Source of the DNA: an uncultured Chloroflexia bacterium
GTDB lineage: Bacteria; Chloroflexota; Limnocylindria; Limnocylindrales; CSP1-4
Direction: 5' to 3'
Assembly: GCA_963713975.1 (NCBI GenBank)
Contig: OY970218.1
Coordinates: 896,001-960,000 of the forward strand
Length of the DNA stretch: 64,000 nucleotides
Of this stretch, positions 10,684-20,081 are shown piece after piece. The position numbers and the translations under genes are program-made. The first letter of the stretch is position 1. The number at the start of each line of letters is the position of its first letter. Under the pieces are notes generated by a model. The model saw nothing but the letters and a program-made list of their open reading frames with translations. It did no database searches and had not been told where the DNA came from.

Positions 10684-11703
10684 GTGGCGGACGCGATCGA
10701 GGGTGCCGGCATCGGGCCGCTCAACGTGCTGACGGCCGGTGCGGCTGCCCTGGCGCGCGCCAGGGACCTGGACATGGCGCTCGCGGTGATCGTGGAGGCC
10801 GGGGCCGCCGCGACGGGCGCGACGATGGCGGCCGTCTTCGCGCAGGATCCGGACATCGACGGCCTGGAGCTGCTGATGACGCTCGGGATCGAAGAGAGCG
10901 CGGTCGATGCCTTCGGCACGGAGGTGGCGTCGAACCCCGAGCATCCGATCCACCACGCGGCGCTGGACAGGACGGGCACGCTGGGCCGCACGGGCGAGGC
11001 GGCGGACGGCAGCGCGATGACCGGCGCGGACCTGCCGCTGGTGGTGGCGGACGGCAACGGCGTCGAGGCCTGCGTGGGCGTGCTCTCGTTCGGATGGGCC
11101 GGCGATCACGACATGGACACCGCCGAGGAGTCGCTGCTCGTCGCGGTGGCTGACCTGGCGGCTGCCGCCATCGCCACGTTCCGCACGTCATCCATGGCCG
11201 CCGAACGTGCCGAGTGGCTCGAGCGCGTCGCCCTCACGGATCCCCTCACCGGTCTCGCCAACGCCCGGACCCTGGCCCGCGTCCTGGACCTGGAGGTCGC
11301 ACGAGCGCAGCGGCAGGGCACGGAGGTGTCGATCGCGCTGTTCGACGTGGACGACTTCGGGGAGCTGAACGCGGCGGCCGGCTCGCTCGCCGGGGACGCT
11401 GTCCTGCGCAGGGTGGCGAGCGTGCTCTCGGAGAGCGTGCGGCTCGTGGACACGATCGCCCGGACCGGCAGCGACGAGTTCGTGCTCGTGGCGCCTGGTT
11501 CCGCCGGGGTGATGGTGGCACGTCGGGTCATGGACGGGATTGCTGCGCTCGAGCCCGTGGAGGGACGGGCATTCAGCCTGAGCGCGGCCGTGGCGCGGTT
11601 CCCACAGGATGGGGCGGACGCGGCATCGCTGCTCACCGCCGCTCGGGCCGCCTTCTCGGGATCCGAGGGCCCAGCCGCGATCACCGAGGTGGGTGGGTCC
11701 TAG
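10684..11703 (+). CDS. GAF + degenerate GGDEF domain protein
   Basis: GAF-like N-half; TDPLTGLANAR, DVDDF, RLVD I-site, GSDEF active-site loop, FPQDG. Confidence 0.85.
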   Translation: MADAIEGAGIGPLNVLTAGAAALARARDLDMALAVIVEAGAAATGATMAAVFAQDPDIDGLELLMTLGIEESAVDAFGTEVASNPEHPIHHAALDRTGTLGRTGEAADGSAMTGADLPLVVADGNGVEACVGVLSFGWAGDHDMDTAEESLLVAVADLAAAAIATFRTSSMAAERAEWLERVALTDPLTGLANARTLARVLDLEVARAQRQGTEVSIALFDVDDFGELNAAAGSLAGDAVLRRVASVLSESVRLVDTIARTGSDEFVLVAPGSAGVMVARRVMDGIAALEPVEGRAFSLSAAVARFPQDGADAASLLTAARAAFSGSEGPAAITEVGGS

Positions 11704-12374
11704 CCACCGGACGAGCCCAGGGCGGCCGCCAGGCACGGCAGGCGGTCGGCCACCCGTCGCACCGCCTCGAGCGCACCCGCCAGCACCGCGTCCGGATCGC
11801 CGATGGCATCGACGATCGCGTAGCGATCCGGCTCGGCGGCCGCGAACGCGAGGAATGCCGCGCGGACGCGTTCGTGGTAGGCAGCGTCCTGGAACGCCTC
11901 GAAACGCGTGATCTCCGCCGACTTGCGCCGGAGGCCCACCTCCACGGGCAGATCCAGCAGGATCGTCAGGTCCGGAGCGAGGCCTCCGGTGGCGAAGTGC
12001 TGGACCGCGCGCAGCTCGTCCATCGGCACGCCCGAGCCGGCTCCCTGGTAGGCCAGCGACGAATCGGCGTAGCGATCGCAGACCACGACGGCTCCCCGAG
12101 CGAGCGCCGGGCCGATGACGTCCTCCACGTGCTGGGCGCGGGACGCGGCGAACAGCAGCGCGTCCGCACGTCCACCCCGGTCGATGGGCGGATCCGTATC
12201 CAGCACCAGCCGGCGGACCTGCTCGCCGAACGGGGTGGAGCCGGGTTCCCGTGTCGCGACGACATCGCAGCCCCCCGCCGCCAGCACCGAGGTCAGGCGC
12301 GTCAGGAGACTGGACTTGCCCGAGCCATCGGGACCTTCGAGCGTGATGAACACGCCGGCGGGTGAGTCGGCCAC
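11700..12374 (-). CDS. tmk: thymidylate kinase
   Basis: FITLEGPDGSGKSS, TREPG, CDRYADSSLAYQG, PDLTILLD. Confidence 0.95.
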   Translation of the reverse strand: MADSPAGVFITLEGPDGSGKSSLLTRLTSVLAAGGCDVVATREPGSTPFGEQVRRLVLDTDPPIDRGGRADALLFAASRAQHVEDVIGPALARGAVVVCDRYADSSLAYQGAGSGVPMDELRAVQHFATGGLAPDLTILLDLPVEVGLRRKSAEITRFEAFQDAAYHERVRAAFLAFAAAEPDRYAIVDAIGDPDAVLAGALEAVRRVADRLPCLAAALGSSGG

Positions 12375-12527
12375 GTGGCGAGTGTAGGCGATGGACCGGG
12401 CCCAGCCGGGTTCGCCGCGAGGCACGAGTCCGCGACCTGGCACCCGGGCGCTCCCGGACGCTCCCGGACGCCATACGCCGATCGTCCTAGCGTCATGCGC
12501 GTCGTGCCCGCGCTACCCTCGGCCCGT

Positions 12528-13970
12528 ATGCGTGATCTGACGAGCCGTGCCCTCGACACGGCCACTGCCCTGGGGGCCACCTACGCCGACGTGCGCGTGG
12601 TCCGACGGCTCGAGGAATCGATCAACATCAAGTCCGGCCGGGTCGAAGGCGTCGCCGGTGGCGAGAGCGAGGGCTTTGGCGTCCGCGTGATCGTTGGCGG
12701 AGCCTGGGGATTCGCGGCCAGCCACGATCTCACGACCGCCGAGGCGGATCGGATCGCGGCGGAGGCGGTCCGGATCGCCCGCGCCAGCGCCACCGCGATC
12801 CGCATGCCCGTCACGCTGGACGACCGCCCCCCTGCCCAGGGCCGCTTCGAGTCACCGGTGGATGAGGACCCGTTCGACGTACCGCTGGACCGCAAGATCG
12901 CGGATCTCCTCGCCGCGGACAGGGCCATGAACGCCGTAAGGGGCATCGCCTGGACGGAGACCGTGTACGGCGCACAGCGCGAGTGGAAGACGTTCGCCGC
13001 GAGCGACGGGTCGTACACGGAGCAGGTGATCACCCACATCGGCGCCGGCCTCGAGGCCAACGCGATCGCCGGTGACGAGCACCAGCGGCGCAGCTACCCG
13101 GACAATGGAGGAGCCTGGGCCTCGGCCGGCTACGAGTACGTCCGGGCGATGGACCTGGCGGGCAACGCCGAGCGTGTCGCCAGCGAGGCCGTGGAGCTCC
13201 TCTCGGCCCCGCCCCTCCCTGCCGGAATGCGCACGATCCTCCTCCATCCATCGCAGCTGTACATGCAGGTGCACGAGAGCTGCGGCCACCCGACGGAGCT
13301 CGACCGCGCCTTCGGCACCGAGGCCAGCTACGCGGGCACCAGCTTCCTGACGCCGGACATGCTGGGGACCTTCCGCTACGGCTCCGACCTCTGTGACATC
13401 GTGGCTGACGCGACGGTTCCGGGCGGCCTGGGATCCTTCGGCTGGGACGACGAGGGCGTCGTGGCCCAGCGCGTCCCGCTGGTCACGGAGGGGATCTTCA
13501 CCGGCTACCTCAGCTCGCGCGAGACGGCCCCCCGCATCGGTCGGGCCTCCGGCGGCGCGATGCGCGCGGACGGCTGGAACCGGATCCCGCTGATCCGGAT
13601 GACCAACGTCAACCTGTTGCCGAGGCCCGGCATGAGCTTCGACCAGATCGTGGCCGACACCGACGACGGGCTCCTGTTCGAGACCAACCGCTCCTGGTCG
13701 ATCGATGATCGCCGCCTCAACTTCCAGTTCTCGACCGAGATCTGCCGCGAGGTCAAGGGCGGCAGGGTCGGCCGGCTCTACCGGAATGCGACGTACACGG
13801 GCATCACGTACGAACTGTGGCGATCGATGGACGCCGTCGGCGATGCCTCCTCGTGGGCGATGTGGGGGACCCCGAACTGCGGCAAGGGCGAGCCTCCCCA
13901 GTCGGGTCACGTGGGCCACGGGGTCTCGGGCGCCCGGTTCCGCAACGTGCGCGTGGGGGTCGTGGCATGA
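12528..13970 (+). CDS. tldD: TldD family metalloprotease subunit
   Basis: HESCGHPTELD (HExxGH), DDEG, RMTNVN, CGKG. Confidence 0.92.
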   Translation: MRDLTSRALDTATALGATYADVRVVRRLEESINIKSGRVEGVAGGESEGFGVRVIVGGAWGFAASHDLTTAEADRIAAEAVRIARASATAIRMPVTLDDRPPAQGRFESPVDEDPFDVPLDRKIADLLAADRAMNAVRGIAWTETVYGAQREWKTFAASDGSYTEQVITHIGAGLEANAIAGDEHQRRSYPDNGGAWASAGYEYVRAMDLAGNAERVASEAVELLSAPPLPAGMRTILLHPSQLYMQVHESCGHPTELDRAFGTEASYAGTSFLTPDMLGTFRYGSDLCDIVADATVPGGLGSFGWDDEGVVAQRVPLVTEGIFTGYLSSRETAPRIGRASGGAMRADGWNRIPLIRMTNVNLLPRPGMSFDQIVADTDDGLLFETNRSWSIDDRRLNFQFSTEICREVKGGRVGRLYRNATYTGITYELWRSMDAVGDASSWAMWGTPNCGKGEPPQSGHVGHGVSGARFRNVRVGVVA

Positions 13971-15337
13971 GCGGTCCGCACGGTATCGGCGGCAATCCTG
14001 AGGCGGCGCTGGGCCTGGCCGAGGAGGTCGTCCGCCAGGCCCTTGCGGCGGGCGCCGGCGAGGCCGAGGTGCTCGTCGTCGGTGACGACTCGGCCCTGAC
14101 GCGGTTTGCCAACAGCGAGATCCACCAGAACGTTGCCAGCAGCGAGGTCCTCGTCAACCTGAGGTTCGTTACGGGCCGGCGGGTCGGGGTCGCGAGCTCC
14201 GGCCGGGTGGACCCGGACGGGATCCGCGCCCTTGTCGAGCGCGCCGCGGCGATCACCGCGAACGTGGAGGAGCTCGAGGACTGGGCGGGACTCCCGGATT
14301 CCGGACCCGCCGAGGCACTCCCCGCGGCATGGTCCGATGGCACGGCGACCGCAAGCCCGGAGCTGCGTGCCGAGGGCGCCCGGGCAGTGATCGCGGCCGC
14401 GGACAAGGCCGGAGTCATGGCCTTCGGCTCGTTCTCCACGGAGGTCGAGGCCGTGGCCGTGGCCACCTCGAAGGGGATCCGCGTCGCCGAGCGGCGGACC
14501 TCCTCGCAGCTGCTGACCGTGACGATGGGCCCCGACAACGGAACCGGCTATGCAGAGCAGGTCGCCGTGGACGCGACGACCGTCGATGCCCCGGCCATCG
14601 GGCGCGAGGCCGCCGAGCGAGCACGGGCATCCGCGAACCCGGTCGACATCGCGCCCGGCGACTACCCCGTGGTGCTCCATCACTACGCCGTCGTGGACCT
14701 CGTGGACATGCTCGGGTACCTGGGCTTCTCCGCCCTGTCGGTTGCCGAGGACCGGTCCTTCTGGGAGCCCGGGCGCCGCGTCGCATCGCCCCTGGTCAGC
14801 CTGGTTGACGACGGCCGGGATCCGGCGGGCGTGCCTACGGGCTTCGACGCGGAGGGCGTTCCCAAGCAGCGGCTCGAGCTGCTGGACGCCGGCGTCTGTC
14901 GTGACCTCGTGTTCGATGCCCAGACGGCTGCGCGGGCCGGCCGGACGTCCACGGGCCACGGACTCCCCGCGCCGAACCCGTACGGTCCGTTCCCCACCAA
15001 CATGGTGATGGCCGCGGGCGACACCCCCATGGACGAGCTGCTCGGCGGTCTCGATCGGGGCCTGCTCGTGACCCGCTTCCACTACACGAACCCGGTCCAC
15101 TCCAAGAGGGTGATCATCACGGGCATGACCCGCGACGGGACGTTCCTGGTGGAGGGAGGCAGGATCGTGGGGCCAGTGCGCAACCTCCGGTTCACGATGT
15201 CCTACCTGGACGCACTCGCCAACGTCGAGGCGGTCAGCCGGGAGCGGCGGTGCGTGCGTGGGTTCCTGGGTGCGAGCGTCGTGCCGTCCCTGCGGCTGTC
15301 CTCGTACTCGTTCACCGGCGCCACGGCGGCCGGGTAG
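13967..15337 (+). CDS. TldE/PmbA family partner subunit
   Basis: TRFANSEIHQN, FDAEGVP, STGHG, TGMTRDG, NLRFT; ATGA overlap with tldD; lacks HExxH. Confidence 0.88.
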   Translation: MSGPHGIGGNPEAALGLAEEVVRQALAAGAGEAEVLVVGDDSALTRFANSEIHQNVASSEVLVNLRFVTGRRVGVASSGRVDPDGIRALVERAAAITANVEELEDWAGLPDSGPAEALPAAWSDGTATASPELRAEGARAVIAAADKAGVMAFGSFSTEVEAVAVATSKGIRVAERRTSSQLLTVTMGPDNGTGYAEQVAVDATTVDAPAIGREAAERARASANPVDIAPGDYPVVLHHYAVVDLVDMLGYLGFSALSVAEDRSFWEPGRRVASPLVSLVDDGRDPAGVPTGFDAEGVPKQRLELLDAGVCRDLVFDAQTAARAGRTSTGHGLPAPNPYGPFPTNMVMAAGDTPMDELLGGLDRGLLVTRFHYTNPVHSKRVIITGMTRDGTFLVEGGRIVGPVRNLRFTMSYLDALANVEAVSRERRCVRGFLGASVVPSLRLSSYSFTGATAAG

Positions 15338-15357
15338 GCGACGGGCGGGAGGCGACG

Positions 15358-15648
15358 ATGGGGATCAGCGACCGGACGACCGCGGACCTGACGCTCTACG
15401 CGGAACCCGACGGCTCCGTGTCCGTCGACACGGGGGCGCGGTTCGTGGCCGTCGGCGGCGACGACCTCGAGCGCATCCTGGACCGCCTCGCCGCGGACGG
15501 CGGCACGCTGCGTCTGCTGGGTGGCACCGGCCGCGCGGACGACGGCGACGAGGCTCCGGAGCTCGAGAGCGATCCGGCGATGGGCGCGGCGGGCTGGGTG
15601 CTGGCCCTCGCCCATGAGCGCGGCCTCACGGTCATCCGCGAGGCGTAG
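15358..15648 (+). CDS. small hypothetical protein
   Basis: GGAGG SD before ATG 15358; 96 aa directly after tldE. Confidence 0.6.
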   Translation: MGISDRTTADLTLYAEPDGSVSVDTGARFVAVGGDDLERILDRLAADGGTLRLLGGTGRADDGDEAPELESDPAMGAAGWVLALAHERGLTVIREA

Positions 15649-15661
15649 CCGGGCGACGGCG

Positions 15662-15694
15662 CGTAACGGATCCGTAGCGGCGATCCATGACGCT
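15662..15694 (+). promoter_or_regulatory. paired heptamer (CGTAACG-N4-CGTAGCG) + -10-like GACGCT
   Basis: Same geometry as the sites at 20041 and 23604. Confidence 0.55.
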
Positions 15695-15700
15695 GTGGTC

Positions 15701-17158
15701 ATGAAGCGTTCGACCGTTGCCATGTTCGTCCTCGCGATTGCCGCCGGAGCCTGCACCTCCCAGGCTCCGTCACCCTCGACTGCCGCCGCATCGCCTGCCC
15801 CGGCATCGCCCACGCCGGCGGCCTCCGGCAAACGCCCGGTCGTCTTCGACACCGACATGGGCATGGACGACCTGCTCGCGCTGTATGTCATCCTGCGCGA
15901 CCCGACGCTCGATGTTCGTGCGATCGCCATCGACGGCACCGGCCTCATCCACTGTGGCGCCGGTATCCGGAACATGCGCCGAATCCTCGGTGCGTTCGAC
16001 CGGCTCGATATCCCGTTCGGCTGCGGCCGCGAAGAGCCCGGACCGAACGGCCGGTCGTTCCCCAATGAGTGGCGCGCCACGAGCGATGCGATGTATGGCG
16101 TCGTCGTGCCACCGGTCGTGGCATCCGAGTTCCCGCCCGATGCGGTCACGATCCTCCATGACGCCCTCGCCGCCTCGGCGGACCCGGTGACGATCCTGGC
16201 GCTTGGCCCCTGGACGAACCTCCAGGACCTGTTCGTCGCAAACCCGGACACCATCGCGAAGGTCGCCGGCATTCACGCGATGGCCGGCACCATCGATGCC
16301 CCGGGCAACGTCGAGCTGGGCGGGACCACTGCGGCCAAAAAGGTCGAGTGGAACGTCGGCGCGGACCCCGATGCGTTTGCCGCCGTGATGGCGCTCGACG
16401 TGCCCGTGTCACTGGTGCCTCTCGATGCCACGAACGACGTCCCGACCCCGGCCGACATCGTCGAGACCCTGGACGCGGACCACGCCGCGGCGGGCGCGGA
16501 TCTCGCGTTCGAGACCTACGTCCGGAGCCCCTTCCTGCACGAGGCGGGCAACTACTGGTGGGACAGCGCCGCCGCCGTTGCCCTGACGAACCCGGAGCTT
16601 TTCACCTGGGAGGACGCGACGACCAGCGTCACGCTCGATGGACCTGCCACGGGCCGGATCAACCGCGATCCCGCGGGCCGGCCGACCCGGATCGCCGTCG
16701 GGGCTGACACGGCGCGCGTCACGGAGGCCGTCCTCGCGGGCCTCCGCCGCGGGGCGCCGCGCCCGGAGCCCTTCGCGACCATCGGCGCAATGCGGGTGGT
16801 GTTCGACGGGGCCACGTGCCGGCTCGAGGGCGAGCCCCCGACGAAGGCGGGCCTCGTGCGCATCGACTTCGCCAACCGGTCAAGCCTGCCGGCCGGCCTG
16901 CTGGCGGCCGGCGCCCGTCCTCCGAAGACGTGGGCCGACGCGCTCAACCTGATCGAGACCATCGAGCTCGACGATCCGGCCCTCGTGATCCCGGACTGGA
17001 TCGTCCAGGTGGACGGACCGGGCCCGTTCGCCGAGCCCGGCAAGGACGCGCTCGCCCTGGTCACGCTCCCGCCCGGGTCGCTGGGCGTGGCCTGCGCGAC
17101 CGGGCAATGGCCCGACCTCGCCTTCGTCGACGGCGGCTCGTTCACGCTCGCTGAGTAG
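15701..17158 (+). CDS. lipoprotein nucleoside hydrolase (IU/IAG-NH family) with extra C-terminal domain
   Basis: Lipobox IAAGAC; VFDTDMGMDD Ca-binding motif; LGPWTN, EWN...DP, PLDAT, YWWD. Confidence 0.85.
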   Translation: MKRSTVAMFVLAIAAGACTSQAPSPSTAAASPAPASPTPAASGKRPVVFDTDMGMDDLLALYVILRDPTLDVRAIAIDGTGLIHCGAGIRNMRRILGAFDRLDIPFGCGREEPGPNGRSFPNEWRATSDAMYGVVVPPVVASEFPPDAVTILHDALAASADPVTILALGPWTNLQDLFVANPDTIAKVAGIHAMAGTIDAPGNVELGGTTAAKKVEWNVGADPDAFAAVMALDVPVSLVPLDATNDVPTPADIVETLDADHAAAGADLAFETYVRSPFLHEAGNYWWDSAAAVALTNPELFTWEDATTSVTLDGPATGRINRDPAGRPTRIAVGADTARVTEAVLAGLRRGAPRPEPFATIGAMRVVFDGATCRLEGEPPTKAGLVRIDFANRSSLPAGLLAAGARPPKTWADALNLIETIELDDPALVIPDWIVQVDGPGPFAEPGKDALALVTLPPGSLGVACATGQWPDLAFVDGGSFTLAE

Positions 17159-17166
17159 CGGTCCTC

Positions 17167-20007
17167 CTACCAGGACACCAGCTTCCAGATCTCGGGCTCC
17201 AGCTCGCCCGGGCGGCCACCGATCTCAGCGAACAGGCTCACCGCGTGCTTGAGGTGCTCCATCGCCTCCTCGTGCCGGCCGGCGGCCTGCAGCTGGTCGG
17301 CAAGGTTGTTCTCCACGGCCGCCTCGAGATGCAGCTCCCCGGTCCGGCGACATTCGGCCAACGCGTCCTCCAGGAGCCCGATGGCGGACTCCCGATCGCC
17401 CGCCGCCGCCTCGACCAGGGCGAGGGCATTGGAGGCCGCGATCGCGGCCCCGGGGTCACGGTCGTTGCCCGTCCCTGCGGTGTCGAGCGCCCGGCCCAGC
17501 TCGAGGCGCGCCGAATCCGGGTCGCCCCGCCGGAGTGCCACGAGGCCGGAGAGACGGCTGGCCGCTCCGATCGTCCGAAGGTCACGCGCGCTGTCGAGCG
17601 CCTCGGCCGCAAGCGCCGCGGCGAGACCGAGATCCCCGGCCCGGAGCGCGACCGTGCCGCGTTCCACCTGCGCCGCCGAGGCAACCTTCTCGTCGCCTCC
17701 GGCGATCGCCGCGTCGAGGTGGCTCGCCGCCGTCGCCACGTCGCCGCGGCGAGCGTGGACCCGGCCCAGTCGTAGCTCGATCTCCGGAAGCTGCGCCTCG
17801 GACACGACCGCGGCCGCCGCCTCCAGCGCCGTGGCCGCCGCCGCGTAGTCGCCCAGGGCCGTCCGAACCTCGGCGATGGCGACCTGCAGCCCGGCCACGT
17901 CCGGGTGGCCCAGGGCCAGCGCCGTCTCGAGGTGCCCGAGCGCCTCGCGGTTCGCGTGCACAGGTCGCGACGCCAGCCCCGCCTCGCGATATGCCTCCGC
18001 TGCCGCCGCGTCGCGACCCGCCGCATGCTCGTGACCGGCGATCTGGGCGAGACGCCCGGGGTCGTCCCGGCTCGTCGGGGCTGCGCGGAGGATCTCGGCG
18101 ACCCTCCGGTGGAGCAGGCGCCGGCGGGCAAGGCCCGTGTCGTCATACGCCGCGTCCCGGAGCCGCGCGTGGCTGAAGTCGAATGCCGATTCGCCGGCGC
18201 TCGCGACCTCGCGAACAACTCCTCGGCGCACGAGCTCCTCGAGTGCGGTCACCGTCTCGTCATCCGAGCGACCGCTCGCGGCGCGGACGGTCGTGAAGTC
18301 GAAGGAGCGGCCGATGACGGCAGCCGCAGCGAGCACCTGGGACGCGATCCCACCCACAGTCGACAGGCGCTCGTGAAGCAGCGCCCGCACGCCGCGCGGT
18401 GGTGCGTGGCGGTCGGCCCCCGGGCCCGCCAGGAGTGCCTCGACGACGTAGAGCGGAAGCCCCTCGGACTCCGCTGCAAGCGCCGCCGCATCCCAGGACG
18501 GCTGGCCCGCAGCAGCAGCCGACTCGACCAGCGCCCCGACCACGACATCGTCCAGCCGCTCCAGCCGTACCGACGTCGCTCCGGGCAGCCCCTGCACTGC
18601 ACTCGCAAGCGCCGTGGCTCCGCCCTCCATGTCCTCGGGACGCCACGTGAGGCACAGGAGCATCGGCCGGTCCGCAAGCCGCCGGGCGAGGTACAGCAGC
18701 GCCTCACGCGACGCATCATCCGCCCACTGCAGGTCCTCGAGCACCAAGATGCCCGGCACGGGCCCGCGGACGAGCGCCGTGAGGACGCTCGCGATTGCCT
18801 CGAGCAAGCGCGCGCGCGCGGCGGGCGAGTCCGACTGCCCGGCGGCAGCGACCCCGGCGGTGACGCCATCGGGCAGGGGCACAAGCCGCTCGACCTCCGC
18901 GAGGCCGGCCGTTGGGACATGGGCGAGACGCTCGGCGGCTCCCGACATCGCGAACCCTGCACGAAGCAGCTCCACGATCGGGCCGTAGGCGATTGACCCT
19001 TCGGCCGGGAATGCGCGCGCCTCAAGGGCCGCTGCCCCATCGGCGGCAGCGGCGGTGACAAGCGTCCCCACGAGGCGGGACTTGCCGATCCCGGCCTCGC
19101 CCGTGACCGAGGCGACACGACCGTCGGGCGACGACGAGAGGAACGCGGCACGGAGCGATGCCAGCTCCTGGCGCCGACCCATCATAGGCAGCCGTGCCGG
19201 CGCATCTGGATGGCCGGGGGGGGTCGCTTCGGCCGGCGGCGGCATCGACGGCGCCTCGAACCGCTCGTCCCGGATCGCCTCGTACAACTCCGTTGTCTCC
19301 GCGAGCGGCGCCACGCCGAGCTCCCGCTCCAGCACGGCCACGGTCGCGCGGTACTGGCGGATGGCGCCGGCGCGGTCGCCGCTGCCCGCCAGCGCGGTCA
19401 TCAGGCGGCGGCGCGCAGGCTCGTCGAGTGGGTCCAGCTCCACGAGCCGCATGACCGCGGACACGGCAGTCTCCGTGTCACCCGCGGCCCCTGCCGCCGT
19501 TGCCAGCCGGCCGAGGACGTCCACGATACGGCGCTCGATGGACACGGCCCGGGTAGCGCGCCAGTCATCGAAGTCCGGGCTGTCGCGGAGCGCGAAGCCG
19601 GCCAGGAACGGGCCGCGCGCAAGGTCCGCGGCGGTTGCGAGCACCACGGCGTCGGAGGTGTCGGCAGCGACGGCAGCCTCCAGGCCGGCGAGATCGAAGC
19701 TGACACCGTCGCCGGCCATCTCGAGGGCAACAGTGAAGCGATCCACCCGCAGCCACCGGTCGCCGAGCGCCGTCCGGAGGACCGACAACGTCCGGCGGAG
19801 CGCGCCGCGAGCCGACTCGTCGTCCGATTCCGGCCAGAACAACGCCGCGAGCTCGTCCCGCGCGTAGGGCCGTCCCTCCACCGCCAGCAGGGCAACGATG
19901 GCGAGCGCTTTCCTCGTGTCAACGTGGATCGGCTTGCGGTCGACCAGCACCTCGAGCGGGCCGAGGACGCGGACCTCAAGCATGGCGTCAGGGGACGACT
20001 GCGGCAT
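17167..20007 (-). CDS. AfsR/SARP-type regulator (wHTH-BTAD + STAND-like ATPase + TPR)
   Basis: LEVRVLGPL, ALFWPE, RGPFLAGF, DPLDE, GEAGIGKS Walker A, LEDLQWAD, GLPLY, FSHARLRD, TPR-like C-terminus; start 20007 or 19983. Confidence 0.9.
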   Translation of the reverse strand: MPQSSPDAMLEVRVLGPLEVLVDRKPIHVDTRKALAIVALLAVEGRPYARDELAALFWPESDDESARGALRRTLSVLRTALGDRWLRVDRFTVALEMAGDGVSFDLAGLEAAVAADTSDAVVLATAADLARGPFLAGFALRDSPDFDDWRATRAVSIERRIVDVLGRLATAAGAAGDTETAVSAVMRLVELDPLDEPARRRLMTALAGSGDRAGAIRQYRATVAVLERELGVAPLAETTELYEAIRDERFEAPSMPPPAEATPPGHPDAPARLPMMGRRQELASLRAAFLSSSPDGRVASVTGEAGIGKSRLVGTLVTAAAADGAAALEARAFPAEGSIAYGPIVELLRAGFAMSGAAERLAHVPTAGLAEVERLVPLPDGVTAGVAAAGQSDSPAARARLLEAIASVLTALVRGPVPGILVLEDLQWADDASREALLYLARRLADRPMLLCLTWRPEDMEGGATALASAVQGLPGATSVRLERLDDVVVGALVESAAAAGQPSWDAAALAAESEGLPLYVVEALLAGPGADRHAPPRGVRALLHERLSTVGGIASQVLAAAAVIGRSFDFTTVRAASGRSDDETVTALEELVRRGVVREVASAGESAFDFSHARLRDAAYDDTGLARRRLLHRRVAEILRAAPTSRDDPGRLAQIAGHEHAAGRDAAAAEAYREAGLASRPVHANREALGHLETALALGHPDVAGLQVAIAEVRTALGDYAAAATALEAAAAVVSEAQLPEIELRLGRVHARRGDVATAASHLDAAIAGGDEKVASAAQVERGTVALRAGDLGLAAALAAEALDSARDLRTIGAASRLSGLVALRRGDPDSARLELGRALDTAGTGNDRDPGAAIAASNALALVEAAAGDRESAIGLLEDALAECRRTGELHLEAAVENNLADQLQAAGRHEEAMEHLKHAVSLFAEIGGRPGELEPEIWKLVSW

Positions 20008-20040
20008 GGCGCGTAACGGTACAACTTCGGCGCGCAATGT

Positions 20041-20073
20041 CGTAACGTTCTGCGAACGGCGTCTCCGCATCAT
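20041..20073 (+). promoter_or_regulatory. paired heptamer (CGTAACG-N4-GCGAACG) + -10-like CATCAT
   Basis: In the SARP/sensor divergent intergenic region; a further CGTAACG lies at 20012-20018. Confidence 0.6.
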
Positions 20074-20081
20074 CCGGTGCC

